Below, piece after piece: positions 1-8,193 of a DNA stretch of 58,771 bases. Location of the stretch: the NCBI GenBank assembly GCA_035457345.1, contig DATIBT010000032.1, forward strand, positions 1 through 58,771, written 5' to 3'. This DNA is from Candidatus Saccharimonadales bacterium. GTDB lineage: Bacteria > Patescibacteriota > Saccharimonadia > Saccharimonadales > EFPC-124. A model generated the notes under the pieces. The model was not told the DNA's origin. It searched no databases and worked only from the letters and a program-made list of their open reading frames with translations. Both the position numbers and the translations under genes were made by a program. How positions within the stretch are numbered: position 1 is the first letter of the stretch; each line of letters begins with the position of its first letter.

Positions 1-94
1 ACAGACCGACGAGCAAACATGCCGCCAACGCGCCACCAAGCGCAACCCTCGCCGCAGCCCTGACGATGTTTATCCCGTCAGCCTTACAGAACAT

Positions 95-352
95 ATGTGG
101 TCGAATCTTGCCAAACAATTCGCCCAACCCGTCAAAGAAGCCTACATGGTTATTAGCGGCAAACACGCTTTCAGCACGCAAGCAAAAATGGTGCTGCGCA
201 AACTTTCCACCCCACATGCCCAAGAGGCTACGACTGTGCGTGCCCAGGAACGCGAGCAAGCCGCCCCCGTCTCCCGCGAAACGCCCCGTACCCCGCGCGC
301 CCCCGAACGGCCGGACGCGCGCCCTGGGCGCCGGAGCGTTTTAATCTCATAA
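95..352 (+). CDS. hypothetical protein with Pro/Arg-rich C-terminal tail
   Basis: 85-aa ORF whose stop lies 4 nt before the next ATG (356). Its A-ending Lys/Gln/Glu codons match the native neighbours. No recognisable motif. Competing ORFs 66..344(+) and 142..477(-) cover the GC-rich 200-340 stretch. Confidence 0.3.
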   Translation: MWSNLAKQFAQPVKEAYMVISGKHAFSTQAKMVLRKLSTPHAQEATTVRAQEREQAAPVSRETPRTPRAPERPDARPGRRSVLIS

Positions 353-355
353 CCT

Positions 356-1054
356 ATGCCAACAACGTCATTACAAGATGCCGAGTTCGGTGCAATCGCC
401 ATTCGCCGCTCTGCATTGGCGCGCAGTTTGCGCCTCAAAGTCAATGAACGCGGCTCGCTGGTTATTTCTATGCCCAAACGCGCGCCCCTCTACTTGGCAA
501 AACAATTAGTAGACGAAGCGCGCGATCAAGTCCGCAAAAGCCTTAAAAAAACACAGTCCCAGCTCACTGTCCTGCAAAATAGCGATATGATAGGCAAGTC
601 GCACCGGCTTGTTATTCGCGACGGCGATGAGTTATCTGGCCGGCTCATCGGCAATTTTATAGAGGTGACATTGCCGCCAGCGGTGTTACCCGAATCACCA
701 AAGGCGCAAGAATATATAAAAGAGTTCGCCCTCAAAGCACTACGTACGCAGGCCAAGGCATATTTGAGCCGCCGGCTTAAAGAACTCGCTGACCGCCACG
801 GCTTTCGGTACGAAAATGTCCGGTTTAGCAACGCCGGCACGCGGTGGGGGAGCTGCTCGTCCAGCGGCACTATCAGCCTGAACATTTGGCTTATGCAACT
901 GCCATTCGACCTTATTGATTATGTCATTGTGCATGAGCTTTGCCACACCCGCCAAATGAATCACTCACCCCAGTTCTGGTCACTCGTCGAAGCAATTTTG
1001 CCCAACTACCGTGAGCTCCGGCGCACCCTCAAAGCCAAGCGCCCCTACTTATAA
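356..1054 (+). CDS. YgjP/DUF45-type (M48-like) zinc metallohydrolase
   Basis: 232 aa. The C-terminal 'VIVHELCHTRQMNHSPQFW' is an HExxH motif in the context typical of the DUF45/YgjP family. Confidence 0.85.
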   Translation: MPTTSLQDAEFGAIAIRRSALARSLRLKVNERGSLVISMPKRAPLYLAKQLVDEARDQVRKSLKKTQSQLTVLQNSDMIGKSHRLVIRDGDELSGRLIGNFIEVTLPPAVLPESPKAQEYIKEFALKALRTQAKAYLSRRLKELADRHGFRYENVRFSNAGTRWGSCSSSGTISLNIWLMQLPFDLIDYVIVHELCHTRQMNHSPQFWSLVEAILPNYRELRRTLKAKRPYL

Positions 1055-1086
1055 AATGCTAACGGCTATGTATAATAGCAGCTAAG

Positions 1087-2805
1087 ATGACTCGCAAAAA
1101 AACTAAGACGGGCTACTACGAACGGTTGCTATTTGTATTTAAGAATGCTGCCGCGTTCATGCCGCTCGTTATGATTCCGTTCGGTTTTTTGGCGCGCAGT
1201 GGGCTGACCGATAACCGCTACTACTCGGGCGATGCCGTGTTTGCCTTCATTTCTGCTGCCTACCTTGTTGTGTCCGTCCTGAATTTCTGGTATGTACGGC
1301 GCCTTAAACCGTCGCTCGCCGGCGACCTCGCCTTTACTGCCGTATTTCATGTACTCACCCTACTGTTCATTCTATTTATCAGTGGTTTCTTAAGCGCATT
1401 CTTGTCGGTTTGGATTGTACTCATGATTAGTACGGATATACGCTTTGGCACCCGCGGGTTCTTTGCGAGCTTTGCCGGTCTGTGCATGGCTGGTATTTTT
1501 ATGCTCATTGCCCACTCTGACATAGCCGCAGGTGAAAGGTACGAGATTATACAAGGCGCCATAGTAGTGGGCGCCATAGGGTTTGTCATTGCTAAGATTC
1601 GTAACATTACGGACCGCGAGCGGCTATCGCTCGCCAAAACCCGCCAAGAAGAAATCTACCAGCGCGAACGGTTGCTCGCCCTTGTTAACAGCATGGGCGA
1701 TGCCGTTGTGGCCACCGACGAGCAAGGAGTAATAAAAGTATATAACTCGACATTATTAAATTTGCTCGACACTAACCTCAATTTAACCGGCAAAACGATC
1801 GATGAAGTATTGCGGCTGCACGACAATAACGGCCGAAGCATAAAAATTACCGAAGAAGCAAAAGTGCGCCACGCCGTGTTTAGCCGCACCGACCTATCAC
1901 ATAAATTTGAAGACGGCGAGACAATCAAACTCTACATTAACGTTGCGCCCATTCAGCCAAGCTACCGCAGCCATGCCGAAAGCGGCTACATTTTCATTTT
2001 GCGAGATATCACTAAAGAAAAGACGCTCGAAGAAGAGCGTGATGAGTTTATTTCGGTTGTCAGCCACGAACTTCGCACGCCGGTCGCCATTGCCGAGGGA
2101 GGCCTGTCTAATATAGTGCTCCTCCAAGAACGCGGGGCCGCGCCAGAAATGCTCAAAAGCGCCGCCAAAGCCGCCCATGAACAGATACTCTACCTTTCTA
2201 AGTTAATCAACGATCTCAGCGCGCTATCCCGCGCCGAACGGGGTTTGGGCGCCGAGATAGAGATCGTCGACCTCAACACCCTCCTTCACGACCTGTACGC
2301 CAATTATGTTGAGCAAGCAAAAACCAAGGGGTTGGTACTAAATATAGATGTCGCCAAGCTACCGCATGTCGTATCGAGCCGCTTATACATAGAAGAGATC
2401 ATGCAAAACTTACTTACCAACGCTATCAAATACACCAAACAAGGCTCAATAACCATCTGGGGCAAGCGCGAGAGTGGAGGTGTTATCCTTAAAATTACAG
2501 ACACTGGCATTGGCATTAGCAAATCCGACCAAAAGCATATGTTCGAAAAATTCTACCGTTCCGAAGATTACCGCACCCGCGAATCAAGCGGTACCGGCCT
2601 TGGACTGTATGTCTGTAAAAAGCTGTCCGAAAAAATTGGCTTGTCACTTGAATTTACCAGCCGCCTTAATCACGGCTCAACGTTTACCCTTACCATTCCA
2701 GCCGAACAGATTGCCAAACTTACGGACGGCGCCACACGGGCCGCTCGCCCTGGAGCGGCTGAGGCGTCAAAACCGGATAGCAAACATTCCGGCCCTTCCA
2801 ATTAA
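1087..2805 (+). CDS. membrane sensor histidine kinase (PAS-HisKA-HATPase), orphan
   Basis: 572 aa with about 5 N-terminal TM helices. H-box 'SHELRTPVA', N-box 'NLLTNAIKYT', G-boxes 'DTGIGI' and 'GTGLGL'. No response regulator gene is adjacent. Confidence 0.9.
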   Translation: MTRKKTKTGYYERLLFVFKNAAAFMPLVMIPFGFLARSGLTDNRYYSGDAVFAFISAAYLVVSVLNFWYVRRLKPSLAGDLAFTAVFHVLTLLFILFISGFLSAFLSVWIVLMISTDIRFGTRGFFASFAGLCMAGIFMLIAHSDIAAGERYEIIQGAIVVGAIGFVIAKIRNITDRERLSLAKTRQEEIYQRERLLALVNSMGDAVVATDEQGVIKVYNSTLLNLLDTNLNLTGKTIDEVLRLHDNNGRSIKITEEAKVRHAVFSRTDLSHKFEDGETIKLYINVAPIQPSYRSHAESGYIFILRDITKEKTLEEERDEFISVVSHELRTPVAIAEGGLSNIVLLQERGAAPEMLKSAAKAAHEQILYLSKLINDLSALSRAERGLGAEIEIVDLNTLLHDLYANYVEQAKTKGLVLNIDVAKLPHVVSSRLYIEEIMQNLLTNAIKYTKQGSITIWGKRESGGVILKITDTGIGISKSDQKHMFEKFYRSEDYRTRESSGTGLGLYVCKKLSEKIGLSLEFTSRLNHGSTFTLTIPAEQIAKLTDGATRAARPGAAEASKPDSKHSGPSN

Positions 2806-4225
2806 CCTCAGAAAACTCGTACGTCACCATGCTTGCCACGTAAATAACCGCTTCTTGGAAAACAACATATGGCCATAGCAGCCAGGCCAGAAACCAAATT
2901 TTAGGGGTAATGCGCACTACCACCAGGAGATAGTCGATGAAAAATAAGGCCGTTGCAGTGAGCGCCAACCAAAACGCCACACCCGTCTGACCATTTAGAA
3001 GGCTAAAGACAGTAAATCCGAGTGGCCCAAGCACCATAGCAAGTAAAGCTGTCACGGCGCCAATGGCGTAGAATGGCTGACGACGAAGAAGGGGATATGC
3101 TAATCGGAGAGAGGTGGCAACGTGGCTCGTCCAGCGTTTGGCGGTGGTAACGCCAAGCTCTGAGTTGCCGACCAAAAAGCGGTACTCATTACTGTTGAAT
3201 AGCCGGCGTGCGAATGATTCTTCGGGAATAATTTTGCGGCTCACAGAACCAAACTCGCCCAGGGCGTCGAGCGCTGAGCGCTTCACAAGCCACAACCGAC
3301 TAGAAATAGGCATGCGACTCTTGCCAATAGGCAGGACAATACGCCAGAACTGCTCAAGCGTCCCAAGCAGCGTACTTGCCCCAAGTGCCAACCGGTTCTG
3401 CGGCGCAACGCTGACCATTTGCAATGAGTTGCCTGAGGCGTACTGCATAAGGACGGTAATGGTCTGGGGTGAGATGTGGGTGTCGACATCCATAAATAGT
3501 ATGTAATCGCCCGAAGCATGGCTCACGAGCGTCTGCATTGCCTGCGTTTTACCGAGCCAGCCAAGCGCGGGCTGATCACCCTGCACAAAACGGACGCCTT
3601 CGTGGGCAAAAGAACGGATGATAGCGCTCGTTTTATCTTGCGAACAGTCGTCGAGCACTAAGACCTCAATCTTAGGATAGTCAGATGTTAAGACTGTTTC
3701 CAGGCAATCGGCCAATGCATGGTCTTCATTGCGGGCAGGAATACACACACTTACCGTTGGCATTTCACTAAGCACTATGCGTTTTTTAGGCAGCCGATAG
3801 TGGCGCATATTCCACAGCAGCTGCCCCAGAAACATGAGCCCTATACACACCGCACCAATGAGCATGACAATGCCAGTTATCTCTAGGAGGTCGCGCGGAA
3901 ACCAGTACTCCAGCGCCAACAAAACAACAATTGCCCCATAGCCAATAATCGCGTTTTTTCCGGTACTCCCCAGCAAAAAAGGCGGCTCCAACCTACCCAC
4001 AAACAAACGAAAGGGGAGCGCCAATAGCCCCAAGTGTACTACCGTCAGCAATACTTTCGTCCAAAGACTAAACGGCGTCGCATATATAAGAGGGAAGCCA
4101 AAAATAAGCAGCGCTATAACCAGTTCGCTTCCAACCTCTGTGAATCGCCGTAACCTCGTCACTACCAAAAGGGTGCCGACCGCCATAAGCACACTCGCCA
4201 GCCAAACCCCTACGAAAAAGCTCAT
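2720..4225 (-). CDS. polytopic membrane glycosyltransferase, family 2
   Basis: 501 aa. Central GT-A core 'VSVCIPARNED...VLVLDDCSQDKT...FMDVDT' flanked by N- and C-terminal TM helices. Its 3' end overlaps the kinase 3' end by 86 nt. Confidence 0.85.
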   Translation of the reverse strand: MSFFVGVWLASVLMAVGTLLVVTRLRRFTEVGSELVIALLIFGFPLIYATPFSLWTKVLLTVVHLGLLALPFRLFVGRLEPPFLLGSTGKNAIIGYGAIVVLLALEYWFPRDLLEITGIVMLIGAVCIGLMFLGQLLWNMRHYRLPKKRIVLSEMPTVSVCIPARNEDHALADCLETVLTSDYPKIEVLVLDDCSQDKTSAIIRSFAHEGVRFVQGDQPALGWLGKTQAMQTLVSHASGDYILFMDVDTHISPQTITVLMQYASGNSLQMVSVAPQNRLALGASTLLGTLEQFWRIVLPIGKSRMPISSRLWLVKRSALDALGEFGSVSRKIIPEESFARRLFNSNEYRFLVGNSELGVTTAKRWTSHVATSLRLAYPLLRRQPFYAIGAVTALLAMVLGPLGFTVFSLLNGQTGVAFWLALTATALFFIDYLLVVVRITPKIWFLAWLLWPYVVFQEAVIYVASMVTYEFSEVNWKGRNVCYPVLTPQPLQGERPVWRRP

Positions 4226-4346
4226 GCCATTATGGTAGCAAAAACTGCTAGGGCGCGATATCTTGACGTTTCGAGACTGCAGGCGTACTATTGACAGCAG
4301 ACGCCTACCGATTATGGTAGGTTTTTATATAGGAGAGCAATGCCCC

Positions 4347-4652
4347 GTGGCAAAGAAGCAAGCGAGCAAAGAAGAAAAAGCACCACGCGCAACAACGCGT
4401 GTGCTCAAAAAAAGGGTAGAGCTAACAAAAAACGCAAAACTTAGCCGTGACATTAAAATGCCCAAGTGGCTGCGTGCATTCTTTGGCTACTTTAGCGGCT
4501 CATGGCGCGAGCTACGTCAGGTGCGCTGGCCCAATCGCAAAGCAACATGGAGCCTCACTGCAGCGGTGATCACGTTCACCCTGGCATTTGTAGTAGTTAT
4601 CTTACTGCTCGACTACGGATTCGAACAACTATTTAAGAAGGTAATATTATAA
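4347..4652 (+). CDS. secE: preprotein translocase subunit SecE
   Basis: Lys-rich N-terminus, then 'ELRQVRWPNRKATW' plus a single C-terminal TM helix. It sits directly upstream of nusG with a TAATG overlap. The GTG at 4347 lies 9 nt after 'AGGAGAG'; the ORF-track start at 4263 is less likely. Confidence 0.8.
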   Translation: MAKKQASKEEKAPRATTRVLKKRVELTKNAKLSRDIKMPKWLRAFFGYFSGSWRELRQVRWPNRKATWSLTAAVITFTLAFVVVILLLDYGFEQLFKKVIL

Positions 4653-5197
4653 TGACAACACAACGATATGACTCGACCCGGTTGTGGTACGCCATCCACA
4701 CCTACAGTGGCTACGAAGAAAAGGTCGCTGAGAGCATTCGCCAGCGCGTTGATTCTGTCGACATGGCCGACAAAATCTTCGACGTCATGGTGCCAAAAGA
4801 AAAGCAAATCGAAATTAAAAACGGCAAACGCAAAATTGTAGAAAAGAAAATCTTCCAGGGCTACGTACTTGTAGAGATGAAGATGACCGAAGACGCTTGG
4901 TACATTATTCGCAATACACCGGGCGTGACCGGTTTTGTTGGCAGCGGCAGCATGCCAACCCCGGTTAGCGACGACGAAATGACTAAAATCAAGAAGCGCA
5001 TGGGCGTCGACGAGCCCAAGCACCGCATTGACTTTAGCGTGGGCGAAGTAGTCAGTATTATTGACGGACCATTTAAAGGGTTCGATGGCGCCATTAACGA
5101 GATTGACACTCAAAAAGGAAAAATCAAGGTACTGGTCAGTATGTTTGGCCGCGACACACCCGTTGAGCTGGATGCTTTGCAGGTCAAAAAAGTATAG
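4652..5197 (+). CDS. nusG: transcription termination/antitermination factor NusG
   Basis: 181 aa. NGN domain 'WYAIHTYSGYEEKV' and KOW motif 'GEVVSIIDGPFKGFDGAINEID'. Conserved secE-nusG synteny. Confidence 0.95.
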   Translation: MTTQRYDSTRLWYAIHTYSGYEEKVAESIRQRVDSVDMADKIFDVMVPKEKQIEIKNGKRKIVEKKIFQGYVLVEMKMTEDAWYIIRNTPGVTGFVGSGSMPTPVSDDEMTKIKKRMGVDEPKHRIDFSVGEVVSIIDGPFKGFDGAINEIDTQKGKIKVLVSMFGRDTPVELDALQVKKV

Positions 5198-5225
5198 CAC
5201 TGTCTCGCCCCTCACTGCATAAGAC

Positions 5226-5253
5226 AAAAAACCGCCCCTCATGGCGGTTTTTT
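5226..5253 (+). terminator. rho-independent terminator after nusG
   Basis: Stem ACCGCC/GGCGGT with loop CCTCAT. It is flanked by an A-run upstream and TTTTTT downstream. Confidence 0.75.
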
Positions 5254-5329
5254 GCATAAACAACTACCAATTAAGTTAATTCTATTATATAATAGTATGC
5301 TATAAGTCTCGATCGTGAGGTGAGGGCAG

Positions 5330-5713
5330 GTGAGCAATCAAGACTCAGCGGGCGACATAGGCTACCGGGCCATAAAGCTCACCGTTACGGCTGAGCGTAT
5401 GATTTGGAGCTGCCCAAGAGGCGACAGCGACATACAACTGAACAAACCTTATCTCTACCCGGGATTCTGGTTTGTAGCCTCAGAAGAATCAGGTGTACGC
5501 ACGCTCAAAGTTTTTCTCCATGGCGGTAGCGCGCACCAAGTGCGCGAGGTCAATATAACAACAGATGGTTATTACACCATCCTTCCCTATGAAGTACGTT
5601 ACACTCCATCCGCAAAGGAGGAAACAGACAAACCCGATGAACGGCTCGTTACGGTGGTTGATGAAAAGCTCCTGGAGCTGACCGAAAGGTTTAGCCCGGA
5701 GTATCGTCGTTAA
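5330..5713 (+). CDS. hypothetical protein (orphan between nusG and rplK)
   Basis: 127-aa ORF with a GTG start after 'GTGAGGTGAGGG'. It has its own TATAAT box (5288..5293) and hairpins on both sides. No recognisable motif. Confidence 0.5.
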   Translation: MSNQDSAGDIGYRAIKLTVTAERMIWSCPRGDSDIQLNKPYLYPGFWFVASEESGVRTLKVFLHGGSAHQVREVNITTDGYYTILPYEVRYTPSAKEETDKPDERLVTVVDEKLLELTERFSPEYRR

Positions 5714-5763
5714 CCAATCCAGCTGCCGACACGAGGCTTAATCCCCGGCTACAGCCGCCACTC

Positions 5764-5794
5764 AAAAGTGGCTGCCGTAGCCGGAGCCACTTTT
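5764..5794 (+). terminator. terminator-like hairpin after the orphan gene, competing with an upstream hairpin
   Basis: Perfect 10-bp stem AAAAGTGGCT/AGCCACTTTT. Its 5' arm overlaps the inner 3' arm of the alternative hairpin 5745..5784 (outer arms CCGGCTAC/GTAGCCGG). Confidence 0.5.
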
Positions 5795-5831
5795 GCTATT
5801 ATCCGGACCACTGTACAGTCCGCGCTAAAAC

Positions 5832-5840
5832 TGATATAAT
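5832..5840 (+). promoter_or_regulatory. extended -10 promoter element upstream of rplK
   Basis: TGaTATAAT lies 31 nt upstream of the leader element. Only a weak -35 (TGTACA) is present. Confidence 0.45.
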
Positions 5841-5871
5841 TCATATCCGTTACGCACTCCTAATAACATAA

Positions 5872-5909
5872 CCGTGGGAGGCCCAAAAAGCCGAAGGAAC
5901 CACAAGGAG
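5872..5909 (+). promoter_or_regulatory. rplK 5' leader element, copy 1 (candidate L1-binding rRNA mimic)
   Basis: CCGTGGGAGGCC-CAAAAAGCCGA-AGGAACCACAAGGAG ends in the RBS. A near-identical element sits before rplA. Confidence 0.5.
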
Positions 5910-5915
5910 CAATAT

Positions 5916-6341
5916 ATGGCACTCGCCGTAAAAGCAAATCTTAAAATGCGTCTTCCCGCTGGCCGCGCCAGCGCAGGCCCTCCGGTAGGATCTATTCTTG
6001 GTCAGCACGGCCTAAACCTGATGGAATTTGTCCAAGCGTTTAACGACCAAACAAAAGACATGATGGGCAAAGACGTCATCGTGCACGTAAAAGTGTTCGA
6101 AAACCGCACTATGAATTTTGAGATTATTGGCCAGCCGGTGGACGATATGATCCGCGAAGCCGCCAAAATCGACAAAGGCTCAGGCAAACCACACACCGAC
6201 AAAGTTGGCAAAATCACCATGGCCCAAGTACGCGAAATCGCCGAAAAGAAAATGGCTTTCCTGAACGCCAACGACGTTGACGCTGCCGCCAAGACCGTCG
6301 CCGGCACCGCCCGCAGCATGGGTGTTGAAGTAGTAGAATAA
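5916..6341 (+). CDS. rplK: 50S ribosomal protein L11
   Basis: 'KMRLPAGRASAGPPVGSILGQHGLNLMEFVQAFN' is the L11 N-terminal domain. The ATG at 5916 lies 6 nt after AAGGAG; the ORF-track start at 5874 falls inside the leader. Confidence 0.95.
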   Translation: MALAVKANLKMRLPAGRASAGPPVGSILGQHGLNLMEFVQAFNDQTKDMMGKDVIVHVKVFENRTMNFEIIGQPVDDMIREAAKIDKGSGKPHTDKVGKITMAQVREIAEKKMAFLNANDVDAAAKTVAGTARSMGVEVVE

Positions 6342-6345
6342 TAAT

Positions 6346-6383
6346 CCGTGGGAGGCCAGCAAAGCCGATTGCACCACAAGGAG
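6346..6383 (+). promoter_or_regulatory. rplA 5' leader element, copy 2 (candidate L1-binding rRNA mimic)
   Basis: CCGTGGGAGGCC-AGCAAAGCCGA-TTGCACCACAAGGAG. It has the same length and the same position relative to the RBS as copy 1. Confidence 0.5.
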
Positions 6384-6391
6384 TAATAATT

Positions 6392-7369
6392 ATGGCAACT
6401 AAAAAAGCCAAAGAGACTGAAGAAGTCAAAGAAGAAGTGGCTGTAGCAGTCGCTGAAGAAAATGTAGCTAACGAAGCTACCGAGAAGCCAAAAGCTGTAG
6501 AAGCTGAGGAACCCAAAGAAGAAAAGAAAGCCGCCAAAGCCGGCAAGCGCAGCGAGAAATCGCTGAAGGAAGCTGAAGAGAAGGCTGAAAAAGAAGAGCG
6601 CAAAGCCAAAGGCGACACGTCTCCGCAAGAAGGCGCAGAGGCTAAGGCCAAACAAAAGCAAAACCCAACCCGTTCTCGCCTTGAGCGCCGCGGCAAAAAC
6701 TACCGCAAAGTCGCTGAACAAGTTGAAAAGGGTAAGCTCTACGCTCTTACTGACGCCCTTGAGCTCGCTACTAAAACCAGCGTTGGCAAATTTGACGGCA
6801 CCGTTGAGATCCACCTAAACCTGAATGTTGACCCACGCCAAGCCGACCAAAACGTCCGCGGCACCGTCAGCCTGCCTGAAGGTACTGGTAAGACTGTTCG
6901 TGTTGCCGTTTTCGCTGGTGCTGCTGAAGCAGAAAAAGCCAAAAAAGCCGGCGCAGACCTAGCGGGCGAAGAAGAAGTCCTTGCTAAGCTCGACAAAGAA
7001 CAACTCGAATTCGACGTGCTCATTAGCACCCCGCAAAATATGCCAAAGCTCGGTAAGTACGCTCGCTTGCTGGGGCCACGCGGCCTTATGCCAAACCCTA
7101 AGAGCGGCACCGTGACTGCCAATGTCGCCAAGGCTGTCCAAGAAGCCAAAGCCGGCCGCGTTGAATACCGCGTGGACAAACAAGCAATTGTCCACCAGGG
7201 TATTGGCAAAGTAAGTTTCGGCGGCGCTAAATTACAAAACAACGCCAAAGCGTTCATTGATAATCTCAATGCAAACAAGCCTGCCAGCGTTAAGGGCGCG
7301 CTCATTAAAGGCGTGACCGTCAGTACGACCATGGGTCCTGGCATAAAGGTTGATATAAGCTCTTTGTAG
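6392..7369 (+). CDS. rplA: 50S ribosomal protein L1 with ~95-aa Lys/Glu-rich N-terminal extension
   Basis: The L1 core 'DQNVRGTVSLPEGTGKTVRVAVF...GPRGLMPNPKSGTV' starts near aa 97. The protein is 325 aa, against about 230 for typical L1. Confidence 0.95.
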   Translation: MATKKAKETEEVKEEVAVAVAEENVANEATEKPKAVEAEEPKEEKKAAKAGKRSEKSLKEAEEKAEKEERKAKGDTSPQEGAEAKAKQKQNPTRSRLERRGKNYRKVAEQVEKGKLYALTDALELATKTSVGKFDGTVEIHLNLNVDPRQADQNVRGTVSLPEGTGKTVRVAVFAGAAEAEKAKKAGADLAGEEEVLAKLDKEQLEFDVLISTPQNMPKLGKYARLLGPRGLMPNPKSGTVTANVAKAVQEAKAGRVEYRVDKQAIVHQGIGKVSFGGAKLQNNAKAFIDNLNANKPASVKGALIKGVTVSTTMGPGIKVDISSL

Positions 7370-7388
7370 CCCGTCACCAACCAAGCAT

Positions 7389-7420
7389 GCAAAAGCCGCT
7401 TAACCACAAGCGGCTTTTGC
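7389..7420 (+). terminator. rho-independent terminator after rplA
   Basis: Perfect 13-bp stem GCAAAAGCCGCTT/AAGCGGCTTTTGC with loop AACCAC and a T-rich tail. Confidence 0.8.
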
Positions 7421-7434
7421 TTTATGCTTAAAGT

Positions 7435-8193
7435 ATGGGTGAGCTTATTGGCATAACCGGCCCGATCGGCAGCGGCAAGTCAACAGTCGCGCAGTATTTT
7501 GCTACCATGCAGCCTGACCATGCGCTGTACGAAACATGGCATGTGGTCGCAGAGATTGCCACCGCATTCAACGCCGCCCTCAAGGCTGAGCTTGCCTATG
7601 AGACAACTCACGATCCCATTGAACTCGCCAACCAAGTGCTTATATGGCTACCAGATGCTATTAGCGAATCACTCCATCACGATGTCGTCTGGAACCAGCT
7701 CGCCTTTACAAAACATGATGCCATTGCCAAACCGGACATGTACGAAAAACTGCTCACCTACTTGCGCCAGATAGAAAAACAGCCAAAACTGCTTACAGCC
7801 CGCATTACGCCAGAGACAAAAGAAACATTCCGGCCAATACTCCAGTGGCTTGGCGGTTATTTAGTGACCAAAATTAGTAAAACTATATGGTACGATGAGC
7901 TCCTGCGCCGCATACAACTGCGCAACCCAACTACTAGCCTAGTCATTATAAGCGGCGTCCGCTACCCCAGCGACGCTGAAGTGGTGCGCGCTCACGGCGG
8001 CCGCATCTTGCGGGTGGAGCGCCCCGGCCCCGCAATACACACCAGCGACCCCACCGAAGCAGAGCGAGAAAATATACAACCAGACGTAACCGTCATTAAC
8101 AATGGTAGTCCCGAACAGCTTTCAGCTGCCGTAGAAACAATGTGGAACGACCTCGCCGCCGGCCATGCCCGGCCCAGCTACGCGGCTATGTGA
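7435..8193 (+). CDS. P-loop nucleotide kinase (dNMP-kinase / dephospho-CoA-kinase-like)
   Basis: Walker A 'GITGPIGSGKST' at the N-terminus. 'VIISGVRYPSDAEVVRAHGGRILRVERPG' resembles the DvRf.nE...GG..i.v.R pattern of dNMP kinases. The exact substrate cannot be assigned. Confidence 0.55.
   Translation: MGELIGITGPIGSGKSTVAQYFATMQPDHALYETWHVVAEIATAFNAALKAELAYETTHDPIELANQVLIWLPDAISESLHHDVVWNQLAFTKHDAIAKPDMYEKLLTYLRQIEKQPKLLTARITPETKETFRPILQWLGGYLVTKISKTIWYDELLRRIQLRNPTTSLVIISGVRYPSDAEVVRAHGGRILRVERPGPAIHTSDPTEAERENIQPDVTVINNGSPEQLSAAVETMWNDLAAGHARPSYAAM

Noticed and set aside
4613-5263. 216-aa minus-strand ORF antisense to nusG.
   Set aside because: It overlaps the entire nusG coding sequence and its terminator, and it has no motif. 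nusG is unambiguous.
6002-6814. 270-aa and 160-aa minus-strand ORFs antisense to rplK/rplA.
   Set aside because: They are shadow ORFs. They are the reverse complement of the GAA/AAG/GCT-rich L1 extension and give F/L/S-rich low-complexity sequence. The + strand encodes unmistakable L11 and L1.
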